Below are positions 16,141-25,423 of a stretch of DNA of 64,000 bases, piece after piece. Under the pieces are notes generated by a model, which ran no database searches, was not told the DNA's origin, and was given only the letters and a program-made list of their open reading frames with translations. Location of the stretch: the NCBI GenBank assembly GCA_021802105.1, contig JAKAAW010000002.1, positions 993 to 64,992 on the forward strand, read 5' to 3'. The stretch comes from Nanobdellota archaeon (lineage in GTDB: Archaea > Nanobdellota > Nanobdellia > Parvarchaeales > Parvarchaeaceae). Each line of letters starts with the position of its first letter. Position 1 is the first letter of the stretch. The position numbers were made by a program, and so were the translations under genes.

Positions 16141-17445
16141 ATGGACACTCCAAATATTGTAGTTATAGGCGGAGGGTCTGTAGGTTCTTTTATAGCTCAT
16201 GATCTCTCATTGAGGGGTCTTAGAGTAACCCTAGTGGAAAAGGGAAATATTCTGGGGGGCACTAGCGCCAGGTTTCACGGCATGCTTCATAGCGGTGCGA
16301 GATATGCAGTAAACGATGTGAACGAAGCAAGAAAAGTGATGGAAGACAATAGAGTAATATCTGATATAGCGCCGCACTGCATAGAGGACACAGGGGGGAT
16401 CTTTGTAGGCTTAGACAATGATGATCTAGATTATGCGTCAAAATTCACCGCAGGATGTAATCAGGCAGGAATAGACGTTAAGGATATTGAATTGGATAAA
16501 CTTAGAGAAAGAGAACCATTCATAACAAAAGATGCGAAAATAGCCCTCGGTGTTCCTGACAAAGTGATAAACTCTTTTAGATTGGTAACAAGCCTTATGT
16601 TGACTGCGAAGGCTGAAGGCGCAAGAATACTTCTCAGCAGTGAGGCTATAGGCTTTGAAACAGAAGGGAAACATGTAACTGGTGTTAAGGTAAGAGATTC
16701 TTCAGGGGTTTCCACACTGAAGAGTGATCTAGTCATAAACGCAAGCGGGCCGTGGATAGGTAAAGTTATGAGCGAGCACCTTGGCATAAATAGCATAGAT
16801 ATGATAATGTCTGCAGGTACAATGGCCGTTATGGAGAGAAGATTTACAAAGTCGATAGTCAATAGGTTAAGGCTCCCTTCAAATGGAGATATAATCGTCC
16901 CTTATTTCACAGAATCAATAATAGGAACGACGGCTTTTATAATAGGTGATCCGGATAACTTCGAGATAGACAAGGATGACGTAGATTTCCTCGTTGAAGA
17001 AGGGTCAAAGATGATACCTGCGATTAAAAACAGCAGGGTTAAGAGACATTATGCAGGTGTCAGGGCGCTGATATCATCCTCCAGTGACGGTAACGGAGAC
17101 AGGAACATAAGTAGGGATTTTAAGATATTTGATCATGAAACCGCGGATGGGGTAAGCGGCATAGCAACAGTAGGAGGAGGGAAGCTTAGCACCTCTAGGA
17201 TTATGGCAAAAAAAGTAGGGGATTTCGCATGCGGCAAGTTCGGAATAAGGGATGAATCGAAGACAGATTCCATAAAGCTTACTTGGCCAGAACTAAAAGA
17301 AGATAATATAGAGGAGATAACAAAAAAGACAGGCGTGTCTTCTCAGATACTAAAGGAACTCATTTCCGAGACTTCAGCAAAAACCTATAGCGACTTATAC
17401 TCACCAACAATGGACCTTGTTTATTCAAGGATGCTTTTTGATTGA
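16141..17445 (+). CDS. FAD-dependent glycerol-3-phosphate dehydrogenase-like oxidoreductase
   Basis: VVIGGGSVGSFIAHDLSLRG (dinucleotide fold) and GGTSARFHGMLHSGARY (GlpA/GlpD-type motif). Confidence 0.6.
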   Translation: MDTPNIVVIGGGSVGSFIAHDLSLRGLRVTLVEKGNILGGTSARFHGMLHSGARYAVNDVNEARKVMEDNRVISDIAPHCIEDTGGIFVGLDNDDLDYASKFTAGCNQAGIDVKDIELDKLREREPFITKDAKIALGVPDKVINSFRLVTSLMLTAKAEGARILLSSEAIGFETEGKHVTGVKVRDSSGVSTLKSDLVINASGPWIGKVMSEHLGINSIDMIMSAGTMAVMERRFTKSIVNRLRLPSNGDIIVPYFTESIIGTTAFIIGDPDNFEIDKDDVDFLVEEGSKMIPAIKNSRVKRHYAGVRALISSSSDGNGDRNISRDFKIFDHETADGVSGIATVGGGKLSTSRIMAKKVGDFACGKFGIRDESKTDSIKLTWPELKEDNIEEITKKTGVSSQILKELISETSAKTYSDLYSPTMDLVYSRMLFD

Positions 17446-17446
17446 T

Positions 17447-17914
17447 ATGGAAACACAAGGGGAATTTGAAGTCAAATCAGCTCCAGAGAAAGTATGGAAT
17501 TCCATATCCGATGCCAAGGAGTTTTCCAAGTCTCTGCCGAATGTAAAAAACATAGAGACAAACGGGGACAAGTTCATGATAAAATTTGAAGTGGATATAA
17601 GAAAATACACAAGCAGATTTCTTGGAGCTTCATATCTTTCAAATATGAACACAAAGTTTGAAGGAGAGTTAAAAGACAAGGTCCAGAACAAGCACGTGGC
17701 CATTGATGGGACTGGTTATGCTATGGGTATGAAATTTTTCATATCTCTAAGCGTGGACATATTTCCGTCGCAGAACGGTACAAAGATAATATGGAAGGCA
17801 GAGATAGGCGCAGGAGGCTTAGCCAAGATATTTGGAGAATCCACCATGGAAGCAGCGGTAAAGGACACGGTCGGTCAGATAATAACCAACATAGAGGATA
17901 GGCTCAACGAGTAG
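17447..17914 (+). CDS. SRPBCC/CoxG-family protein
   Basis: GEFEVKSAPEKVWNSISDAKEFSKSLPNV resembles the CoxG (COG3427) N-terminus. The start was moved to the ATG just after the upstream stop. Confidence 0.5.
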   Translation: METQGEFEVKSAPEKVWNSISDAKEFSKSLPNVKNIETNGDKFMIKFEVDIRKYTSRFLGASYLSNMNTKFEGELKDKVQNKHVAIDGTGYAMGMKFFISLSVDIFPSQNGTKIIWKAEIGAGGLAKIFGESTMEAAVKDTVGQIITNIEDRLNE

Positions 17915-17987
17915 GTCATTAATTTATTCTATAAATTTTAACTATTTTGTAATGATTAAAAAGTATTTATATTAGGTACTATCACAT

Positions 17988-18695
17988 ATGGATAATATGG
18001 TTCTGAAAGAAATCGGGTCAGCCATTGAAAAAATATTGAACGATGATGTAATAATCTCGACTAAGAAATCCTATAATAATATAACGGATAGCGACATACA
18101 CGATATTTACTCCAATATTCAGTCAGCAGTCGGGAAAGACAACCTGATACTTTTCGGCGGTTGCGCACTTTTGCATTACATAAAACACAAGCCATCAGAT
18201 GTGGATGTCATAATCCGCTATGGTGGTGATATAAAAGCTCTAAGCCAAAAACTCTCCGATAAGTTTGATAAACTTGAGATGGTATCTCATCCTTTCCTAA
18301 ATGCAAAAGTTTACAAAACTATCTACACTAGTGATTCCGGTCAAAAAATACCCGTGGATATGTTCACTAATCCTCCGTCCAAGCGTGTTTCAATCGATGG
18401 CGTTTTCAGCCGTGGAAAGCGTGCCTATACGGACGGCATGCTCGTCAACGTAGCTAATCAGCGTGATCTTGCAGAATTCGCGTACGCCTCATGGAAAAAC
18501 CGTTTGTTCAATGGCAGGGGCGATAAAGATCACGAATATCTTGTTAATCTTGACCGAAAATTCGGTGATTCAACAGTACCTCCTCAGTATATATCTGGAA
18601 CACACAGCAATCCAGCATCCAGATTGAAGAGCGTTCTCGGCGTTTACATTGCCGGCGCGATGCGCGATAGGATAAGAAAGGAAGCGCGATATTAG
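17988..18695 (+). CDS. Nucleotidyltransferase-fold protein (orphan)
   Basis: LFGGCALLHYIKHKPSDVDVII fits the minimal NTase pattern G[GS]x9-13 DxD. Confidence 0.4.
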   Translation: MDNMVLKEIGSAIEKILNDDVIISTKKSYNNITDSDIHDIYSNIQSAVGKDNLILFGGCALLHYIKHKPSDVDVIIRYGGDIKALSQKLSDKFDKLEMVSHPFLNAKVYKTIYTSDSGQKIPVDMFTNPPSKRVSIDGVFSRGKRAYTDGMLVNVANQRDLAEFAYASWKNRLFNGRGDKDHEYLVNLDRKFGDSTVPPQYISGTHSNPASRLKSVLGVYIAGAMRDRIRKEARY

Positions 18696-18899
18696 CAGCT
18701 GGCAGTATTCGATGTTCCTGTTGTTATTTCTCAGCAGGGTAATCGCAATCCTCTCTGACCGAGCAGCGGAGCGTCCTATTCCCAATATAGCATTTTATAT
18801 CAAAACTTGTATCTAAATAAGATTACCACTCTTACACAAAAGAAAATTGGTAAAGTCCAAAAACGAAGCTTTTAAATATGATTAAGTTTTTATATTCCT

Positions 18900-20222
18900 A
18901 TGTCGGTGGGCGGAAGCGTTAATCTCAAGACAAGACACAGTTCTCATCTTAAATCTATATACCCGGGTGCGTTGTCCGGCTGGATAATGGACTCATTCGA
19001 TCTCAGCATGATGTTCCTATTGGTCCCAACACTCGCAGAGGTGTTTTTCCCGTCTAATTACGGTTTAGCTCTAATCGGAGTATGGAGCATTTACACTACG
19101 ACATTCGTTTTCAGACCGGTAGGAGGGCTTCTTTTCGGCAGGTTAGGAGATAAAATAGGTCGTAAAAGGGCTATGATAATAACTTTAACAGGCCTTGGAA
19201 TTATAATATTCGCTACAGGGTTCCTTCCCACTTATGCCGCAATAGGCATAGCTGCTCCAATACTTCTTTTCATATTCAGGATAATAACAGGTATATTCGG
19301 AGGCGGAGAGTACGGAAACAGCGCCTCTATAATCATGGAGTCAGTAAGGAACAGCAAGAGAGGGTTCTGGAGTGGCGCTATACAGTCTGGTTATCCTATA
19401 GGTTACACGCTTGCAGCAGTCCTTTTCCTAGGGCTTAATTTCTATTTTGGACATGCTATATTCTTTGTAAGCGGCTGGAGATGGATGTTCTACATAGGTA
19501 TAATCCCAGTCATCATAGGCCTTATTATACGTCTGAAAATGCCAGAATCGGCGCTTTGGTCGGATATCTACAAGAAATCAAAAGTAAGTCGTGCTCCTAT
19601 AAGGGAAGTGTTCAGGAACGCAATCATGAGGAGAGGAGTCCTCGAGGGTGTGTTGGCGATGACAGGTATAGCATGGGTATATGGCCTTACATTAGGGTTC
19701 TTTCCTACAATACTTTCGATTAACAACTTCATAGCTTTCCCTACATTCCTTTATATAGTCATAGCAGCGATACTTACGTCACTTGTGGGTTACTTCATAT
19801 CTGGAGCAGCAAGTGACCGTATTGGAAGAAGAAATACCATGATAGCGTTCTCACTGGCAGCCATGCTGTTCTCAGTGCCTTTCGCTTACATGACAATGAA
19901 CCATATGGGAGGAGTATATAGCATAGGTATCTTTGCTGCGGTAATAGCATTCTTTACAACGGGGATATATGGTGTAATACCTGCATTCCTCAGCGAGAAA
20001 TTCCCTACAAAAACTAGGAGTACTGGTGTTGGTATCGGTTTCAACGGCGGCTTCATACTAGGTAACTGGAGCACGGTTTTCCTGCTCCTTTTGACTACTA
20101 CTACAGCAGCCGCTTTCTTCGGATGGTGGGCATATTTCATAGTGATAGGAGAGGTCTTCATACTGGTGGCTGCAGTTATCTCCAAAGAGACGAAAGGGAT
20201 AGATCTGACAGAAATGAAGTAA
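18900..20222 (+). CDS. MFS transporter
   Basis: 12 TM helices, with GRLGDKIGRKR between TM2 and TM3 (MFS signature). Confidence 0.8.
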   Translation: MSVGGSVNLKTRHSSHLKSIYPGALSGWIMDSFDLSMMFLLVPTLAEVFFPSNYGLALIGVWSIYTTTFVFRPVGGLLFGRLGDKIGRKRAMIITLTGLGIIIFATGFLPTYAAIGIAAPILLFIFRIITGIFGGGEYGNSASIIMESVRNSKRGFWSGAIQSGYPIGYTLAAVLFLGLNFYFGHAIFFVSGWRWMFYIGIIPVIIGLIIRLKMPESALWSDIYKKSKVSRAPIREVFRNAIMRRGVLEGVLAMTGIAWVYGLTLGFFPTILSINNFIAFPTFLYIVIAAILTSLVGYFISGAASDRIGRRNTMIAFSLAAMLFSVPFAYMTMNHMGGVYSIGIFAAVIAFFTTGIYGVIPAFLSEKFPTKTRSTGVGIGFNGGFILGNWSTVFLLLLTTTTAAAFFGWWAYFIVIGEVFILVAAVISKETKGIDLTEMK

Positions 20223-20593
20223 TCTTTTTATCCAGCTTTTCTATATACCACAGTTTTTATATGGATCCTTTGACATTTATAAGCACATATCTATTTTATT
20301 GATAGTCCAACTGTCAAAAGTAGGATAAGTAGGATAAATACTACTTAATAGGCACTAGGGAGACTTTTCTCAACAATTAATTTAATGTTATTTTAACATT
20401 ATTTAGTGCTATAATTAATATGTTAATATATCAATATTAGTATAATTAGTTTGAAGTAAATTATTGCTATTTAATTAATAATAATACAAACAATACTTAT
20501 ACTTTTATACTAAAGTTTATATTATTATAGAAACTATATATATGTTAATATAGAACAGCTAAAAAATAAATAGAAACAACTACTAACACTGGT

Positions 20594-21013
20594 ATGGATA
20601 AAAGAAATCATAGACGTAACGGTTACAAGAATTCCCCCGAGTTCGGTGATTGGCGCCATGGTCCGTTCAGGATGGTCTTTTCTTTCTTATGGGTGATGTT
20701 TTTTGTTCTTGTTTTCCTGTCTATGATAGCGCTGGTTCTTAATTATATAATTGGAATACCAATTAGCTGGCTGGGAAATGCTTGGGGAGCATGGGGTGGA
20801 ATCTGGATATTTTTATTGATATTATTCTTTTTTATGAGGCCATGGGGCTGGATGTACTACTGGAAGTATAATGACCCGCGAATATGGAGGCGTCAGGGGT
20901 ATGGTGACCATTTTGATGACTATGCTCTTTATATAGCAAGAAAACGTCTAGCGCATGGCGAGATTACAGTTGAACAGTATAGGAAGATCGTCAATGAGCT
21001 AAAAAGAAAGTAA
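20594..21013 (+). CDS. Small membrane protein with a C-terminal SHOCT domain
   Basis: Two or three Trp/Gly-rich TM helices. The C-terminus ARKRLAHGEITVEQYRKIVNELKR matches the SHOCT pattern (RxARGEIxxEEYxxxKxxL). Confidence 0.6.
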   Translation: MDKRNHRRNGYKNSPEFGDWRHGPFRMVFSFLWVMFFVLVFLSMIALVLNYIIGIPISWLGNAWGAWGGIWIFLLILFFFMRPWGWMYYWKYNDPRIWRRQGYGDHFDDYALYIARKRLAHGEITVEQYRKIVNELKRK

Positions 21014-21264
21014 AATTACGTATACATATGGTGTTCTTTGCAATTGATAAAGTACCAGCGCTTCCGCAGCTTATGGACTGATGACGCAGTGCAGCAATGT
21101 TCTAGTGCATATCATCTCAGAGTGTTCGGCGTTCAGATCCAGACTTTATTGCTAAAAAACACAGCTTTGATTATTATGATATTATAACATAAGTATTGTT
21201 ATTCAATTTTTATCCCTTTTTTCCACTCACAAACTTTAAATATTATAACCACTTATAACTTGTT

Positions 21265-21699
21265 ATGGCGACTACAATACAGATAAGCGACGAGGTTAAG
21301 GAAAAGTTAGAAGGACTGAAAATCCACAAAAGACAACCGTTTAATGAAGTTCTTTTAGAGTTAATAAGGGACAAAGAGGCTGGTAAAAACACAGAAGAAA
21401 GGCAAAAGCAGGTGGTAAACAGCCTTGAAGAGATTAAAAAATTAGCCGCTCCTATATTAAGGAACCACAGGATAAAGAAAGCCGCCGTATTCGGGTCATT
21501 TGCAAGGGGCGATTTTGATGATAAAAGTGATGTAGATATATTAATAGAGCGGCCGGATAAATTCTCTTTATTTGATTTAGCTGGCCTACATCTTGACTTA
21601 GAAGGAGCATTGGGTAGGAAGGTGGATATAGTTATATACAATAGTGTAAATCCTCTGATAAAAGGTAGGGTAATGAAAGAAAAAAAGGACATAATATGA
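21265..21699 (+). CDS. mntA: RHH-fused minimal nucleotidyltransferase (MntA-type antitoxin)
   Basis: N-terminal TIQISDEVKEKLEGLK (RHH/antitoxin-like), then VFGSFARGDFDDKSDVDILI (GSx10DxD). Confidence 0.8.
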   Translation: MATTIQISDEVKEKLEGLKIHKRQPFNEVLLELIRDKEAGKNTEERQKQVVNSLEEIKKLAAPILRNHRIKKAAVFGSFARGDFDDKSDVDILIERPDKFSLFDLAGLHLDLEGALGRKVDIVIYNSVNPLIKGRVMKEKKDII

Positions 21700-22037
21700 G
21701 AGAAGGGCAGGATAAGGTGCTATTAACTGATATTTTATCAGCAATCGAGTGGATTAAAAATCACACGAAAGGAATCAACGAAGAAGAATTTAAGAAAAAT
21801 GATGTTTTGGTGTATGCGGTAATAAAGAATATGGAAATAATTGGTGAAGCGTCATCGAGTCTTTCGGAGTATACTATAAATAAAAATCAACAAATTGAAT
21901 GGCAGAAGATAAAGGACATGAGAAATGTACTTGTGCATGCCTATTCTAAGATTAATTTAGAAACACTTTGGGATACCATAATAAATGATCTGCCTAGATT
22001 AAAAGATCAGATAAGACATATCAAGAAAAATGAATAA
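21696..22037 (+). CDS. hepT: HEPN (DUF86) toxin HepT
   Basis: MRNVLVHAYSKINLETLW contains the Rx4H HEPN motif. An ATGA start/stop overlap links it to the upstream MNT gene. Confidence 0.8.
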   Translation: MREGQDKVLLTDILSAIEWIKNHTKGINEEEFKKNDVLVYAVIKNMEIIGEASSSLSEYTINKNQQIEWQKIKDMRNVLVHAYSKINLETLWDTIINDLPRLKDQIRHIKKNE

Positions 22038-22164
22038 TTATTCTTTTGAGAGGAACCTATAGTTTCGCTAATTATTTAGAGAGTTAAAAGTAAAAATCGA
22101 TATTATTAGTTATGGCCTATGAACCGACGAAGGATCGCATAATGAAAGGGACGTAAGCCACTTT

Positions 22165-22314
22165 ATGGATAAAAATTCAAAAGATGATAAGGAGTTAATT
22201 AGGCACATGATTAATCTAATAATATATCAATACTTCAGAATAAACGCAAAAGAGATATGGAATATTGTATGGAAGGACTTACTTCAACTCGAGAAGAAAC
22301 TTAAGCAATCTTAA
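22165..22314 (+). pseudogene. Decayed C-terminal fragment of a third HEPN/DUF86 gene (49-aa ORF)
   Basis: My translation is MDKNSKDDKELIRHMINLIIYQYFRINAKEIWNIVWKDLLQLEKKLKQS. It aligns with ..MRNVLVHAYSKINLETLWDTIINDLPRLKDQI of the neighbouring HepT, but the R and H of Rx4H are replaced. Confidence 0.3.
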
Positions 22315-22450
22315 TAGTTTCAGTTCTCCTAACATATCGTAGAATTTACATCAAACTTGAAAAGTAAAATTTAGTTAAAAACTGGTTCTATAAGCTATAA
22401 TTTGGTGGTATACCGCTAAACTTAAATAATCAAACTAATCAATATGCTTT

Positions 22451-22939
22451 ATGACTGAAAAGATAGACTGGAAAGAGCTTGATAAATTCATAAGAAAATG
22501 CCTGAAAGTAATGACATCTGTAAACAGTATGAAAGCATTTATAGCCAAAAGAGACGGATCAAAGACAAGATTTTACAAGTGGCGAAAGTGGAGATACCAT
22601 GACAATTTCATAACCAGAAACGGATATGTTGCTGGCCAGGGCATACTTTATTATGACAAAAGACCGGTATTTTCAGCGGTTTACTACTATTCCTTTGCTG
22701 AAGATGCGGGCTTAAAACTGCTAAAATTCTTAGGGGAAGCAGTACTCGATAGCTATGATTACTTTTCAAAAAACCCTTCAAAAACGAAATTCTGTTTTAA
22801 AAACAAACAATTTGAATACTCAAGAACCATGAAAAAGGCTAATGAGATGGATACTTTAACATCTGAAAACAGCGTAAAAATCAAGGAAAAAGGCAAAACT
22901 GTTTACTTTGCAAAGGATATAAGCGGATACTTAATTTAG
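22451..22939 (+). CDS. Hypothetical protein (162 aa)
   Basis: Clean ORF in the accessory region. I recognise no motif. Confidence 0.5.
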   Translation: MTEKIDWKELDKFIRKCLKVMTSVNSMKAFIAKRDGSKTRFYKWRKWRYHDNFITRNGYVAGQGILYYDKRPVFSAVYYYSFAEDAGLKLLKFLGEAVLDSYDYFSKNPSKTKFCFKNKQFEYSRTMKKANEMDTLTSENSVKIKEKGKTVYFAKDISGYLI

Positions 22940-23001
22940 AAGAGAAAACTATAAATAGTATATAAGTTTATATAATAATATTAATAAGTATTATAACAGT
23001 T

Positions 23002-23274
23002 ATGACAAAGAATGTAAATGAGGTATTGCATTACCCCAGACTTGATACAGTATTGATGGTTGAGGAGGCGATAAAAAATGCTAAAGAGTACTCCTCAAAA
23101 AGACAACTTTGGCTTTCATTGAAGAAAAAGGTCATGTATCAAACTTTTAACATAGTTATAGATTATTTGGTAGAGTCAAACAAAGTGGTCATCGATAAGG
23201 AAGGCAAGGTTATTTGGATATGGGATCCAGAAGGCGTAAAAAAGTATATGAAAGAGGGAGTAATAATACGATGA
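23002..23274 (+). CDS. Putative antitoxin / small winged-helix-like protein
   Basis: 90 aa. Its stop overlaps the ATG of the RelE-like gene (ATGA at 23271-23274). Confidence 0.45.
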   Translation: MTKNVNEVLHYPRLDTVLMVEEAIKNAKEYSSKRQLWLSLKKKVMYQTFNIVIDYLVESNKVVIDKEGKVIWIWDPEGVKKYMKEGVIIR

Positions 23275-23597
23275 GGCAAATAAATGTGGTTCTAGTTGAT
23301 AAAAAACTTGAAAATTTATTGAATAAAGCTAAAAATGATGAACCGCAAGTTTATAAATTTCTAAATCGGGCATTTGATGACTTAAAGAAAGATCCAACCT
23401 GCGGTATACAGATACCAAAAAATTTGATACCTAAATATTATATACAAAGGTATGGTATAGATAATTTGTGGAAATATAACCTGCCAAATGCCTGGCGTCT
23501 GATGTACTCAATAAAAGGATCCGATATTTCTATTCTTACAGTGGTTTTAGAATGGTTACCACATAAGGAATACGATAGAAGATTCGGATACTTATAA
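23271..23597 (+). CDS. RelE/ParE-superfamily toxin-like protein
   Basis: LWKYNLPNAWRLMYSIKGSDISILTVVLEWLPHKEYDRRFGY resembles the RelE/YoeB-type C-terminal core (W/R..Y.i....i.v..i..H.eY). Small and basic. Confidence 0.6.
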   Translation: MRQINVVLVDKKLENLLNKAKNDEPQVYKFLNRAFDDLKKDPTCGIQIPKNLIPKYYIQRYGIDNLWKYNLPNAWRLMYSIKGSDISILTVVLEWLPHKEYDRRFGYL

Positions 23598-23885
23598 TAA
23601 GGATTTCATAATTTAAGTCATGGGTAAGTATCTTTCTCCTTTTGGGAGAAAAGGGAAGCACTTGATTTCGTTATTTTACGATTTACCCATCAAAGGTATC
23701 CTGCGACGAATGATGGGGATCAAACGCCACTTAAGTATAATTCTATGGCTTTTCGTATGTTTTTTATGTGTTTTTTAGCGATTTTGAGGCCTCGATTTCT
23801 ACCCTTACAGGGTATCCAGATTACACTTAAAGACTAATTGAGATGGGAAAAACTACTAAATTTGCTGTTTTTACTTCAATTATAT

Positions 23886-24359
23886 CTATTTATTAACCAT
23901 CTTTTGGGCTTTTCTAATCAAAGCTTCACCCCAGTCCCCATACCCACTTACCGAGTATTCCTCTACATTTAAATTGCCGTCTCTAGTTTTTTCAACATCG
24001 AATACTAATCGGTAATCCGGACCTGGCTGACCTAAACTTATTTTCAGGTGAGGAGAACCGCAATTATAATAACTAAGCTGAAGTGGATAGCTATAAGCCT
24101 TATCCTTACTCACAAGAAAATATTTAATGGAATATACAGCAGCCCGTCCATTACTAAGAGAGAATACCTCCCCTTTACCTTTTTCAATGCCTTTATTCAG
24201 CAAAACTATTGCGCTCTCATATAAATTTAAGATATTTGACCGAATTTTAATTGTTTCCATACGCAGTATTTCATCCAATTTTTCTTCTTTTTTCCGTATA
24301 TGGTCATCTTCTTTTTTCTCTATATAGCCACCACGCTCTTTAGTATCCAAAGCTCCCAT
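23886..24359 (-). CDS. Hypothetical protein (157 aa), with a charged N-terminal helix and a beta-rich C-terminus
   Basis: Clean ORF with no recognised motif. Confidence 0.5.
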   Translation of the reverse strand: MGALDTKERGGYIEKKEDDHIRKKEEKLDEILRMETIKIRSNILNLYESAIVLLNKGIEKGKGEVFSLSNGRAAVYSIKYFLVSKDKAYSYPLQLSYYNCGSPHLKISLGQPGPDYRLVFDVEKTRDGNLNVEEYSVSGYGDWGEALIRKAQKMVNK

Positions 24360-24456
24360 AATTTATACCTTCTACTCACTACTATTCAATACTATAGAAA
24401 ATAAGTTATATAAATACTTGTTTTTATGGTTATGGGTACACTTACAGCTAAAATGC

Positions 24457-24978
24457 CTATTTTTTGACTATTTTTACGCCCTTTTTATGCCACATGCTCC
24501 TGCTCTTTTTAATCAGGTTCTCAGTCGTACTCTCCATCCAAATCGAATCGATATACTTGCCTTTTATTTTTAGAACATTTTTTATCAGCCCAGCTCTCTT
24601 TCCACCGCAGTTCTCGAAAAGGGCAATTGAAGCTTTGTTGTCAGGGGTGGTGCTGATAAGCGTTATCTTTATACCTTTATTTAGTGCCGTCTGAGCTGTT
24701 TGGAACATCATAAAGTAGGACAAGCCACTGCCTCTGAACTTCTTTGATACAAAATAGCCGATTTCGCCGACATGTCTGCTGTAATAATTCCCATGAACAG
24801 TTGTTGGGCGGCGAATGTTGTAGTTGGCTATATTCTTAGAATCGTAATAAGCGCTTAGTATATAGTTGTTAAGTGAATATCTTGTTGTTTCTTTGCCGGT
24901 AACTAGTTTGTATAAGGGTTTCTCGCTCTCTACTCTGCTTATACTTACCACTCTGCCGTCCTTCAGCTGAATCAACAT
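24457..24978 (-). CDS. GNAT-family N-acetyltransferase
   Basis: FRGSGLSYFMMFQTAQTALNKG (acetyl-CoA-binding R/QxxGxG/A-like segment) and NKASIALFENCGGKRAG. Confidence 0.75.
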   Translation of the reverse strand: MLIQLKDGRVVSISRVESEKPLYKLVTGKETTRYSLNNYILSAYYDSKNIANYNIRRPTTVHGNYYSRHVGEIGYFVSKKFRGSGLSYFMMFQTAQTALNKGIKITLISTTPDNKASIALFENCGGKRAGLIKNVLKIKGKYIDSIWMESTTENLIKKSRSMWHKKGVKIVKK

Positions 24979-25423
24979 ACTTAAGTTAAGCAGTTTTGGC
25001 TATTAAGTTTGTCTATGTGCATGCTAAAAACGCCATCCTTAGTGCCTTTTAGCTAGTCTTCTTCATCCATATAACATTCGGATAGTTAGAAGACTAACTA
25101 AAATCACGGAAAATACTAAAATTACCTTCTTATAGTCATAGTTTTCTTACAAATAGATTTAGTTTCATTTTTTATATTTTATTATTTTATCTAATATATT
25201 AATATTAATTATTTAGGTATAATATCATTAATAGTACATTCTAAAAATAAGTAATATTATCATATTATATAATACTATTTTTATATTTTAATTAGCAATA
25301 ATTTTATGTTAAGTTATAATCAGCCAGTGAAAATATGGATAAAATCGCATCGATTTGCTAGAAGTATAAATCTATATATCAAAGTAACTAAAGGTATTTA
25401 TACCTTTATAACCTTATATCTGT

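Noticed and set aside
18737-18749. The exact 13-mer GGGTAATCGCAAT is shared between 18737-18749 and 45907-45919.
   Set aside because: Dozens of exact 13-mer coincidences are expected in 64 kb on both strands (roughly L^2/4^13). The flanks do not align.
21040-21150. A GC-richer patch downstream of the SHOCT gene. It contains CTGATGA (C-box-like) and a frame reading …TQCSNVLVHIISEC, which resembles the HEPN RNxLVH motif.
   Set aside because: No matching D box (CUGA) at appropriate spacing on either strand. The peptide similarity is only 5 residues, lacks the Arg and the downstream HEPN helix pattern, and sits in a 36-codon ORF.
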